Origin: a virus
Lineage: Duplodnaviria > Heunggongvirae > Uroviricota > Caudoviricetes
IMG/VR virus record: IMGVR_UViG_3300029590_000324
DNA: 64,000 nucleotides
Strand: one strand, 5' to 3'
In this document: piece by piece, positions 9,258-17,300 of the stretch
Numbering within the stretch: the stretch's first letter is position 1
Layout: the number at the start of each line of letters is the position of its first letter
Program-made: the position numbers and the translations under genes
Notes under the pieces: generated by a model
Told to the model about the DNA's origin: nothing
The model's database searches: none
What the model saw: only the letters and a program-made list of their open reading frames with translations

Positions 9258-9458
9258 ATGAACACATGTAAACTTTGCAATGGAAATTTCGATTTCCGAA
9301 AAATGCAGATCGCTGATTTTTTGTGCGGAACAGAGATTTGCTTCGGCGGAAACCTGAATGATTCTAACAGCAAAAACAGATTTAAATACTTTCCAGAGTG
9401 CGGCAGAAAACTGACTGACAATGATTTTAAGAGGAGTGGTGATAATGACAAAATCTGA
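9258..9458 (+). CDS. Cys-rich small protein (66 aa)
   Basis: CKLCNG..CGTEIC..PECG zinc-ribbon-like spacing. Confidence 0.4.
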   Translation: MNTCKLCNGNFDFRKMQIADFLCGTEICFGGNLNDSNSKNRFKYFPECGRKLTDNDFKRSGDNDKI

Positions 9459-9627
9459 AATGGAAATTAAACTCGCTCAATATCTGGATACGAGATGGAA
9501 AGCAGTTTTTTATGCTGATAATCCATTAGACGAAATAAAATTTTACACAGCTGCGTGTAATACTATTGCCCAGATCGGCGACTGGGAACTCAGAGACGAT
9601 GGTACGCATTGTGTAAAGCTGGATTAA
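9445..9627 (+). CDS. hypothetical protein (60 aa)
   Basis: GAGGAG RBS. Confidence 0.4.
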   Translation: MTKSEMEIKLAQYLDTRWKAVFYADNPLDEIKFYTAACNTIAQIGDWELRDDGTHCVKLD

Positions 9628-9642
9628 ACAAGGAGGAAGCCT

Positions 9643-9906
9643 ATGATAAAACCCGGTGCAAAATGGATAATGAAGGAACTGACAGATGTGTGGAGCCATC
9701 AGCCGAACGGAACTCTTCATAGCTATGACTACTTCGAAGACGAAAGCGGACAGTGGATATATAATATCGACTTCCATTATGACGGATGCTTTGCTCCTGT
9801 TCAGCTTAAAATTCCAAAAAGGATATCTATAACAAGAGCCGTCCAAAAAGCGAGAAGGATTTTTGAAAACACTACATACTACGACCAGCCTGACTGGAAC
9901 GATTGA
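9643..9906 (+). CDS. hypothetical protein (87 aa)
   Basis: AAGGAGGAAG RBS. Confidence 0.5.
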   Translation: MIKPGAKWIMKELTDVWSHQPNGTLHSYDYFEDESGQWIYNIDFHYDGCFAPVQLKIPKRISITRAVQKARRIFENTTYYDQPDWND

Positions 9907-9923
9907 TAATTGGAGGAGTAGAA

Positions 9924-10139
9924 ATGAAACTGGTATATGATTTTAATTTTAGTAAAGCTGCGAAGAAAGCCGAAACTCTTATCAACGAATGTGTAAGAGA
10001 AAAAGAAGGAAGAGCATTTACAAAAATATATGCAAACATCAATGGTCGGTTATTTGAAATCAATAAACCTGTATCTTTACATGTATATCAGGTTCTTCAT
10101 TCGGATGGCACTCCATTCTACGAAGACGAGATACACTAA
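9924..10139 (+). CDS. hypothetical protein (71 aa)
   Basis: TGGAGGAG RBS. Confidence 0.45.
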   Translation: MKLVYDFNFSKAAKKAETLINECVREKEGRAFTKIYANINGRLFEINKPVSLHVYQVLHSDGTPFYEDEIH

Positions 10140-10160
10140 ATGATAATCGGAGGAATAAAA

Positions 10161-10532
10161 ATGAAAACAAGATATAAAGTCAGATGTGTAACCCCTACCG
10201 GAATATATGACCATCGCTGTAACTCGTATAAGGAACTTCGTGAGTATTGCAGGAGCAAGTTTACAAAGGGATATTGGACTGGTTTTGAGTATTACGATTA
10301 TTACGGATATAACAGCAAGAATCAAACGGCATATTATATCAAAAAAGAAGACATTCGTTACAATAATTATATTTACGAAGATGCAGAATCTATCGTAACC
10401 GATCCAAAAGTTTTTACCGTCGGACGGTTCAGTCAGGTACAGATACTCAAAGTCGAAGGTAGGAAGATTACAATAAACAGAGCCGTTGCTGAAAAGTACG
10501 GCATCGTAATTGAAGAAATAAAAGAAGAGTAA
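10161..10532 (+). CDS. hypothetical protein (123 aa)
   Basis: CGGAGGAA RBS; the upstream sequence TAATCGGAGGAATAAAAATG repeats that before 9924. Confidence 0.5.
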   Translation: MKTRYKVRCVTPTGIYDHRCNSYKELREYCRSKFTKGYWTGFEYYDYYGYNSKNQTAYYIKKEDIRYNNYIYEDAESIVTDPKVFTVGRFSQVQILKVEGRKITINRAVAEKYGIVIEEIKEE

Positions 10533-10670
10533 TCATCACGCCAAATTCTGCACAGCCCACCATGGACTGTGGATAACGGCTCGGAACGAGGAACTTTCTC
10601 GATCCGACAACTGTAAAATCGTGAACGAAGCATATTAAAAAATATATGTTTAAATAAGGAGATGTTTTCT

Positions 10671-10898
10671 ATGGATATGAAACTGTGCAGCGAGTGCATG
10701 AATCGGTCCATTATTATGATGAAATCCAAAACAGGCAAGGAGTATCGAGAATACTTTTGCTCAGTTTCGGGTACCCGGTTGAAATTCACTAAAGAGTGCC
10801 CGATGAGTTATGATTTGCAGGAATACGAAAAGCTGATTGCAAAAGGCGAGGCTTATGACCAGCTGAGGTACAGAAAAGAAATGGAGGCAGCAACATGA
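10671..10898 (+). CDS. Cys-containing small protein (75 aa)
   Basis: AAGGAG RBS 9 nt upstream; CSEC...C pattern. Confidence 0.45.
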   Translation: MDMKLCSECMNRSIIMMKSKTGKEYREYFCSVSGTRLKFTKECPMSYDLQEYEKLIAKGEAYDQLRYRKEMEAAT

Positions 10899-11176
10899 AT
10901 AATAAGTTCATAAAGGAAATCGCAAATTACATGATAAAAACAGGAACTGCAAAAACCACATCCGGCAATTACATATTTTACTTTGATGATCTTGCAAAAA
11001 GGTTCAGAACAAGTAAGACAGCTATATCAGCAAATGCCGAGGCTATTCTTGACGAACTGATTCAGCATGAGGAATTCTGTTTTGATGGTCAGGAATTGGA
11101 GCCGGACTGTTTTAGTCTGATGTTCTATCTCAAGTATTGCCCTAATTGGGAAATGTTAATATGGGAGGAAGAGTAA
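10895..11176 (+). CDS. hypothetical protein (93 aa)
   Basis: ATGA overlap with upstream ORF. Confidence 0.45.
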   Translation: MNNKFIKEIANYMIKTGTAKTTSGNYIFYFDDLAKRFRTSKTAISANAEAILDELIQHEEFCFDGQELEPDCFSLMFYLKYCPNWEMLIWEEE

Positions 11177-11358
11177 TGATGAATGAATATGTAATCGTAT
11201 TTGATAGTGGAGCCCCCTCGTTTAAGTGCGGAATCAAAGAAACCATAACTGCAATTTCTCCTGCCGATGCTGTTGTTAAACTCATGCAGTCCGTTAAGGT
11301 AGATTGTATAACCTCAATTCAGAAACTTGATAACACAAAAGAGGAGTGTCGTATATGA
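11176..11358 (+). CDS. hypothetical protein (60 aa)
   Basis: GGGAGG RBS; TAATG stop/start overlap. Confidence 0.4.
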   Translation: MMNEYVIVFDSGAPSFKCGIKETITAISPADAVVKLMQSVKVDCITSIQKLDNTKEECRI

Positions 11359-11675
11359 AAAAGATATCTTATGCTGAACTTGTTAAAAATGAAAATCTTA
11401 TTCTCTGCAATAACATCACGAATCTTGAGCTTGAGCTTTATTGCGGTAATGATTACGATGAAGAAGATGATTATCCTTGCGATATCTATCAGTATTATCT
11501 TATCGACCAGAGTTTTGCCGATTATCTGGCAAGAGCAACCGATGAAATCGTATACTATTGCGACGAACTTGATCTTTATGTATGGGGAGTGACTCACTTT
11601 GGCACTCCTTGGAACGGCGTTTATCTTAATGTCAAAACCTTTGATGAAATGTGCGCCGACGGTACATACGATTAA
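11355..11675 (+). CDS. acidic hypothetical protein (106 aa)
   Basis: AGAGGAG RBS; last gene of the + strand block before the lysogeny module. Confidence 0.5.
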   Translation: MKKISYAELVKNENLILCNNITNLELELYCGNDYDEEDDYPCDIYQYYLIDQSFADYLARATDEIVYYCDELDLYVWGVTHFGTPWNGVYLNVKTFDEMCADGTYD

Positions 11676-12220
11676 CTGCGGTCATGCTTATATTCCCAAA
11701 TGAAATCTGCAAATTGTCCATAGACCCGGCGCTCTAAAGATGACTTAAGAAAAGCATTACGTTGATACAGCACTGCCATTCTCTTTGCCCTTATTTCAGC
11801 TGCCGTTTTGGATATATTGCAAATCTCAGATATTTCATCTGCCGAATGAATATCACAGCCCCAAAGCACACACGCAGGAGCAAGAATGCCAATCGCAAAT
11901 CTTTCTGCCTCATACTCATCGTCGGTGGGGATGATAATATGGCCCAGCTCGTGAGCTATAGTGTATCGTCGTGCTTGGTATATTTCGGTGTCTCTTATAA
12001 TGATATAATATCTGTTGTTCTCGATAACTGTTTTTCCTCTCTGCTCGGCGGCCAAAACATAAGGACTTTCAGTCGGCAGAACAGAATCTTCTATTACTTC
12101 GGAATTGTAATGATTGCAAATCTGAGACAGTTTGACAGGGAGCGCTTTAATGTTGCAGTTGATCAAACATTGCCACGCTGCATTTCTGGCTCGTCTGTAT
12201 TTTTCATACAAAAAAATCAC
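11672..12220 (-). CDS. ImmA/IrrE-family zinc metallopeptidase (anti-repressor protease)
   Basis: HEXXH motif (IAHELGHII); immediately downstream of and co-oriented with the S24 repressor gene. Confidence 0.65.
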   Translation of the reverse strand: MIFLYEKYRRARNAAWQCLINCNIKALPVKLSQICNHYNSEVIEDSVLPTESPYVLAAEQRGKTVIENNRYYIIIRDTEIYQARRYTIAHELGHIIIPTDDEYEAERFAIGILAPACVLWGCDIHSADEISEICNISKTAAEIRAKRMAVLYQRNAFLKSSLERRVYGQFADFIWEYKHDRS

Positions 12221-12269
12221 CTCAGCAGTTATTGTTTGTAACTGCCGGGGTGATTATTAAGGAGGGGCG

Positions 12270-13040
12270 TTAGTAATTGTTAGTAGATTTGGAGATGTTG
12301 CGTAAACTGTAACTGCGAGCAGCGAGCATCTGAGGTTCTTCGTTCATATAGTACCCGATGACTTTGCCAAAAATTTCGATCTTATGGTCTGTAGTTATAA
12401 CCGAATATTTGGAATTATAAGAATGAAGACCATCTTCCTGATAAACTTTAAACAGGGGACAACCATCAACTATGGCAATAACTTCATCTCCATATCGGAT
12501 CTCACAATTACGGTTTACCCAAACAATGCAGCCATTGGGATATTCAGGCTCCATGCTATCTCCGTCAATCGGAATTCCACAATCTGCACCGACAGGGATT
12601 TCGTCAATAGGAAACGACTCTTTTTCAAAAGAATCATCTTCCGTAAAGGGGAAAGAAACACCTGCGCCTGCAGCGATAACCGCAACATCCATTTTGCGCA
12701 TAGAGATTTTTCGTCTTTTGTTTTGAGATTCTACAAGTCTATCGGATATTTCAGAACAGCGACCGATAAAACGCTGTTGTTCATTATCAGGCAGCGAGTG
12801 GAAGACATTTAATAATGCTTTGTCGTTCTCAGATAATGATATTTTATCAAACAATAGGTTGTCAACGGTAACGTTAAGGTATCTTGCGATTTTAACTACA
12901 ATATCAAGAGTTATCTTAGAAGTCGGTTTCTTTTCCCACTGGCTGAATAAGCTCTTGTTACAGCCAATAGCAGCTGCAACGGAAGCTTTAGTCTTTCCGC
13001 TGTTTACTATTTTCTGTATTATGGTTTCACTGTATTCCAT
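12270..13040 (-). CDS. phage CI/LexA-like repressor (N-terminal XRE HTH plus C-terminal S24 peptidase)
   Basis: N terminus KASVAAAIGCNKSLFSQWEK (HTH); C terminus GDSMEP (S24 Ser-Lys dyad signature). Confidence 0.8.
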   Translation of the reverse strand: MEYSETIIQKIVNSGKTKASVAAAIGCNKSLFSQWEKKPTSKITLDIVVKIARYLNVTVDNLLFDKISLSENDKALLNVFHSLPDNEQQRFIGRCSEISDRLVESQNKRRKISMRKMDVAVIAAGAGVSFPFTEDDSFEKESFPIDEIPVGADCGIPIDGDSMEPEYPNGCIVWVNRNCEIRYGDEVIAIVDGCPLFKVYQEDGLHSYNSKYSVITTDHKIEIFGKVIGYYMNEEPQMLAARSYSLRNISKSTNNY

Positions 13041-13322
13041 ATTTCAATATTACCTCGTAAATTGTTGTATAGTTTCTTAATTGTATCTTTGTCGATAATA
13101 AACAAAGATGAATATAATTTGAAAAAACACTTGACTTTACGTTCAAAAGCGTATATAATCATATTATAAGTTGAATATTCTCAACTTTAGTATTATTATA
13201 CCACATTTCGTGATAAAAGTCAAGTAAACTAATTATTTCTTGTCATACACATTTGCTGTCCGATTTTCCGACCAGATCGTGTGCTACAATTAGTATGGCA
13301 AAATATATAAGGAGGTCTAAAG
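13041..13322. promoter_or_regulatory. divergent promoter/operator region of the lysogeny switch
   Basis: TTGACT (13131-13136), 17-nt spacer, TATAAT (13154-13159); perfect inverted repeat ATCTTTGT-N10-ACAAAGAT at 13084-13109 as candidate operator; TGCTACAAT extended -10 near 13280 upstream of the + strand hicA-like gene. Confidence 0.55.
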
Positions 13323-13520
13323 ATGCTTATAAAAGAATATTCTGTGCGAGAAGTGCAGGATATATTATCACGGAATGGGTTTACATATCTTAGAACTCAC
13401 GGCAGTCATCGTATTTATTCAAACGGTAATTGCAGCGTTTCAATTCCGTCTCAGAAAAAGACAGTTAATAAAATGCTGTTTCTGAGAATTATTAAAGAAA
13501 ACAATTTGATATTAAATTAA
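13323..13520 (+). CDS. hicA: HicA-family (YcfA-like) mRNA interferase toxin homologue
   Basis: NGFTYLRTHGSHRIY..VSIP..LRIIKEN aligns with the HicA consensus GW..VRQKGSH....VP.H..L..GTL..ILKQAGL, including the catalytic His; GGAGG RBS. Confidence 0.6.
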   Translation: MLIKEYSVREVQDILSRNGFTYLRTHGSHRIYSNGNCSVSIPSQKKTVNKMLFLRIIKENNLILN

Positions 13521-13536
13521 ATGGAGGATTTTACAA

Positions 13537-13776
13537 ATGGAAAATATGAATAGAATTATGGCACTTTCCCAGATGAATGATGTAGTCGATTTTGCAACGG
13601 TCGTAAGAGAAGCGGCAGACAAAGCACAGGAAAGATTTGATAAGTGGTCCGAAAAAACTCAGGAGAGCGAAACGGGCGAAACAATGCAGGAATATATCGA
13701 TCATCTCAATTCCGCTGCTGACGCTTTCGATGAAGCCTTTTCCGAACTGAATGAAGCTATAGAAATGGACGTGTAA
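13537..13776 (+). CDS. acidic hypothetical protein (79 aa); positional candidate for a non-HicB antitoxin
   Basis: Immediately downstream of hicA where hicB normally sits, but lacks the HicB RNase-H-like or RHH features. Confidence 0.4.
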   Translation: MENMNRIMALSQMNDVVDFATVVREAADKAQERFDKWSEKTQESETGETMQEYIDHLNSAADAFDEAFSELNEAIEMDV

Positions 13777-13788
13777 GAGGGTGTATAT

Positions 13789-13974
13789 ATGGAAGTAATT
13801 ATACTAATTATCATTTTTGCATATCCTTTAATTTTCTTTCTTGTCCAATCAGTTGAAGCCGACGATGAAAGAGAAGCTAAAGCCGCCGAACAGGCTGCTC
13901 GTGAAGACTTGATGAGGAGACTTGCAGAAGCAAGAAAGCGCAATGCAGAATTGCGAAATAAGAAAGGAGAATAA
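13789..13974 (+). CDS. small membrane protein (61 aa)
   Basis: N-terminal hydrophobic helix IILIIIFAYPLIFFLV followed by a charged coiled-coil tail. Confidence 0.45.
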   Translation: MEVIILIIIFAYPLIFFLVQSVEADDEREAKAAEQAAREDLMRRLAEARKRNAELRNKKGE

Positions 13975-13976
13975 TA

Positions 13977-15158
13977 ATGCTTGGATTGGTAAGTACCATT
14001 TTCGCATGGCTTGGCATTGGTGGTGCTGTGGTGCATGAAAAGGTTAAAGAAACATGTGTAGATGCAAAATTAGAAGCCGCTAAAGAATCCAGAATAGCCG
14101 CAGCTGAATATGCCAGAGTCGGTAGCATTGAAGAAAAGATTGCAAATATTAACAAGGCGACAGAGCTGGGGCTTATTTATGATGAAAAATTCCAAATAAG
14201 TATAACATTGACGATTCTTGAGTTTGCGGCACGTCGTGATGAAGATATCTCTTCTTCAGATATTAACAGGTTTAATGGAACCGTTTTTTTTAATGGAGAT
14301 CAATTTCCATCTCCTTTACTCGATAAGGAAAAAATAGATACTGTTCGTCGTTTTTTTGATTATCATGATTTTAGGATCATGGCATATGTTGCAAAGAACA
14401 GTGATGAATCAAAATACATTGAGGGGCTTACATGTAGAATCCTTAACATTCTGGGGTATTATTATGATGAAATTGTGATGGAAAAGCTTACTCATACTTC
14501 GGAATTTAGGCTTATGACTAAATGTATTTATGATCCCTATGATAAAAGTGGTCCTTTTTCACCTCGTCCCGGGTATCTGGAACTGTTTGATAAATATCAT
14601 ATTTTGTATATAAATTATCGTCAATCCGACCTTGACAATCTTTTGCCATTGGGAAAAGCAGAAAAATTAAGAAAAGCAAAAGCCGTTGGGTTATATTACG
14701 ACAGCGATGTTCTGGAAAGAATTACTTACGGAATTGCAAATCGTCGTCCCAATAATGCTCGAAACCTATTTATCGAAACACTCTTTGGACAGCCTCAAAA
14801 GCATTTATTTTACTCAAGGGAAGAAGAAATCATAAATCAAAATTTTAAAAACGTTTGCAAAGTGCTGGAAGTCGTATTGTGTCTTGAAGATCCTATTTAT
14901 TTAAAGAGATTCATGTGCAAGCTGCTGAATTGTCTTGGTTATTATTACGATGAACAATATATGCAAAACTGGCTGGATACAAAAGAGTTTTGCCATGCGG
15001 AATGTTCCAAATATAGAATGGATGAAAAAGCCAATAACCCCAAGTGCCTTCACCCTGACAGCAAAGAAATTCTGGAAAGAAATGCAGATATGCTGGCAGA
15101 AGAACTTCCGCCCGACACATGGAATAGAAATTATCAGAAAGGCAGCGAGCAAGTATGA
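13977..15158 (+). CDS. hypothetical protein (393 aa) with N-terminal TM helix and internal LNxLGYYYDE repeats
   Basis: TAATAATG start/stop overlap with upstream ORF; repeated segments RILNILGYYYDEIVMEKLTHTSEF and KLLNCLGYYYDEQYMQNWLDTKEF. Confidence 0.55.
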   Translation: MLGLVSTIFAWLGIGGAVVHEKVKETCVDAKLEAAKESRIAAAEYARVGSIEEKIANINKATELGLIYDEKFQISITLTILEFAARRDEDISSSDINRFNGTVFFNGDQFPSPLLDKEKIDTVRRFFDYHDFRIMAYVAKNSDESKYIEGLTCRILNILGYYYDEIVMEKLTHTSEFRLMTKCIYDPYDKSGPFSPRPGYLELFDKYHILYINYRQSDLDNLLPLGKAEKLRKAKAVGLYYDSDVLERITYGIANRRPNNARNLFIETLFGQPQKHLFYSREEEIINQNFKNVCKVLEVVLCLEDPIYLKRFMCKLLNCLGYYYDEQYMQNWLDTKEFCHAECSKYRMDEKANNPKCLHPDSKEILERNADMLAEELPPDTWNRNYQKGSEQV

Positions 15159-15550
15159 AATTAATCGATAACTTCAATCTTGAATTCAGCAAGAATATCA
15201 TCACATCAACGAATATTCACAACGGATTTGCAGAAATGAAGCTGGACTGGTTCCAGCTTCCGCTTGCAGTCCGGGAGAGATTGGTAATTGATACCTTAGA
15301 AAAGGAACTTGACTATGATGACCAGTGGTATTACTTTAGCATATTTGTTCCACTGCTTAATGGAATACCAAACTTTGGAGATACATACTATTATATAGAT
15401 GAATATGCTCCCAACGAACAGATGTACGAGGAGTTTGTAAAAACAAATTTTGATTTTCCGGGCTTCGTTAAAGCTTCTGTTGAAATAATAGATGTTGTTA
15501 ATCTTGCTTCGGCTTTATTGCCAAGCAAAAATATGAAAAAGCCCGCCTGA
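15155..15550 (+). CDS. hypothetical protein (131 aa); possible non-canonical antitoxin/partner of the MazF-like gene
   Basis: ATGA overlap with upstream ORF; no MazE/AbrB-like features. Confidence 0.5.
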   Translation: MKLIDNFNLEFSKNIITSTNIHNGFAEMKLDWFQLPLAVRERLVIDTLEKELDYDDQWYYFSIFVPLLNGIPNFGDTYYYIDEYAPNEQMYEEFVKTNFDFPGFVKASVEIIDVVNLASALLPSKNMKKPA

Positions 15551-15573
15551 TTCTATGAAAGGAGAACTTGTCA

Positions 15574-15984
15574 ATGAATGTTAAAACAGGAGATGTAATT
15601 AGAATAACACTGCCAAACGCTATCGGGCATCAGCAGGGCGGAGAAAGATATGCCGTCGTTGTTTCAAACAACATTGGAAATAAAGTTTCTCCTACAGTAG
15701 AGGTTCTTCCGGGAACTACAAAAAGAGATGACAGCACTCTTCCAACTCATGCACACTTTAAAGCCGGAGAAATTCAAGGACTGCCAAGAAATACGACTTT
15801 TGAAGCCGAAAGCCAATGGGTCATTAACAAATTTCAGATAATTGAAATTGTTGGGCATCTGAGCGATAAACAGCTTGAAAGAATTGCGACAGCCATGATA
15901 ATGGCGACTCCTCTTGTCTTAAAAGCTTTTGAGAGCAATGTGCATAAGACTCAGCGCTTTCAGAAAATCCTGAATTTCTCTTGA
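15574..15984 (+). CDS. mazF: MazF/PemK/EndoA-family endoribonuclease toxin
   Basis: VKTGDVIRITLPNAIGHQQGGERYAVVVSNNIGNKVSPT...LPTHAHF aligns closely with B. subtilis EndoA [39 protein letters not shown]...LPTHVEI; AAAGGAG RBS. Confidence 0.8.
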   Translation: MNVKTGDVIRITLPNAIGHQQGGERYAVVVSNNIGNKVSPTVEVLPGTTKRDDSTLPTHAHFKAGEIQGLPRNTTFEAESQWVINKFQIIEIVGHLSDKQLERIATAMIMATPLVLKAFESNVHKTQRFQKILNFS

Positions 15985-16009
15985 CATATTTGAAAACGTG
16001 TGTTATAAT
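15981..16009 (+). promoter_or_regulatory. strong sigma70-type promoter
   Basis: TTGACA (15981-15986), 17-nt spacer, TATAAT (16004-16009). Confidence 0.65.
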
Positions 16010-16061
16010 GAAGCAAATACAAGCATATACTACTTTATCATAATACATGGAGTGTGATAAC

Positions 16062-17300
16062 ATGAATGTGTCAAAAAGAAACGAAGCCATAGCGATATTA
16101 AAAAGACTATTTTCGACAAAGCTTAACGTGTGCCAAGATATTTATTCCGCTGAGCTTATAGATACCGGCAAAATGACATGGGGAGAACTTGGCCCTCTTA
16201 TGTCTAATCTCGACTTAGAAAACGTATCAGATATTGTACTGTGCTGGTTGTATGAAGCTGTGTCGAAACACAGTGCTGCACTGAAAATTCCTGATGTTTC
16301 ACATTTTTTTACCGCCTCGGAAATCACCGAGGCTAATTCTGCTTATATCAAAAGAAGCTATTCTAAATTGCCAATAGCATTTCCGATACTGGCAAGACTT
16401 ACGGACAATGATAATTATCTGACGGCATTATCCATACAGGATATTGCGAATCTGAAATCTGTTGGCATTATACAGTGGAAAGAAGGAATGCAAAGAGAAA
16501 CTGTCATTACCAAGCTTTCCGATAATGACTTTATAAGTCATATCAAATATGATGACAACCGTGCCAGAGCAATCGGAAAGTCTATGAGCGACGGAACGTT
16601 CTTTCCAAATTCTCTTCGTTGGCATATCGTGGCGGACGAATCTGACTATGAGGTAAAAGATGATAGAGTTATATTGAAATCAGGGTATATTGCCGAGATC
16701 GATGGTCAGCATCGAGATAAAGGCAGCGAGTATGCTCTTATGAATAACCCGAATATTATAATGACTATGCCCATTGTTCTGACAATAGGCTCTCGTGCAA
16801 CTGCTCAGAGAATCATCAATCAAGACGAAGAACGTGCCCCCATCAATAAGAGCGTAGTGGCTCAATACAAATATACTATGGGAAACAATGTTCTGAAAAA
16901 GATTATTGGCAGCGGCGAGCTTGACGGCATTTACAAGTTCTGTGATACTCAGCAGGGAATTCAGGTCGGTCAGGGCTTTATTCTTAAATCGGATTTTGCA
17001 GCTGCTATTGATAAGTATTATTCTGCAAGAACGGTCAAGGAACAGAGTAAAGTTGCAGAATGGCTTATTGAATTTTTTAATGAGCTTGCAAGTATCAATT
17101 ATGATGCGTTTGTAGGTTATAAAAAGAGTATCTCTGCCAAAAATTCTGTATTTCCGATCTATGTTTATTTAAGTAGTAAACTTCAGAATCGTTCAGGCTG
17201 GGAAGATGAACTTGCTGCTGTTTTCCCTAAATTGGATTTTTTAAATTCAAAAAAGAGTATAGAAATAATCAATAAAGAAATGGGGGAGAAGAATGTATAA
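16062..17300 (+). CDS. DGQHR-domain protein (DndB-like, ParB/Srx superfamily)
   Basis: Literal IDGQHR motif (YIAEIDGQHRDKG); GGAG RBS 9 nt upstream. Confidence 0.6.
   Translation: MNVSKRNEAIAILKRLFSTKLNVCQDIYSAELIDTGKMTWGELGPLMSNLDLENVSDIVLCWLYEAVSKHSAALKIPDVSHFFTASEITEANSAYIKRSYSKLPIAFPILARLTDNDNYLTALSIQDIANLKSVGIIQWKEGMQRETVITKLSDNDFISHIKYDDNRARAIGKSMSDGTFFPNSLRWHIVADESDYEVKDDRVILKSGYIAEIDGQHRDKGSEYALMNNPNIIMTMPIVLTIGSRATAQRIINQDEERAPINKSVVAQYKYTMGNNVLKKIIGSGELDGIYKFCDTQQGIQVGQGFILKSDFAAAIDKYYSARTVKEQSKVAEWLIEFFNELASINYDAFVGYKKSISAKNSVFPIYVYLSSKLQNRSGWEDELAAVFPKLDFLNSKKSIEIINKEMGEKNV

Noticed and set aside
11762-12812. Plus-strand ORFs 11762-12241, 12384-12812 and 12472-12726 opposite the ImmA and repressor genes
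   Set aside because: The minus-strand genes carry the HEXXH and HTH/S24 motifs. The plus-strand ORFs are antisense artefacts.
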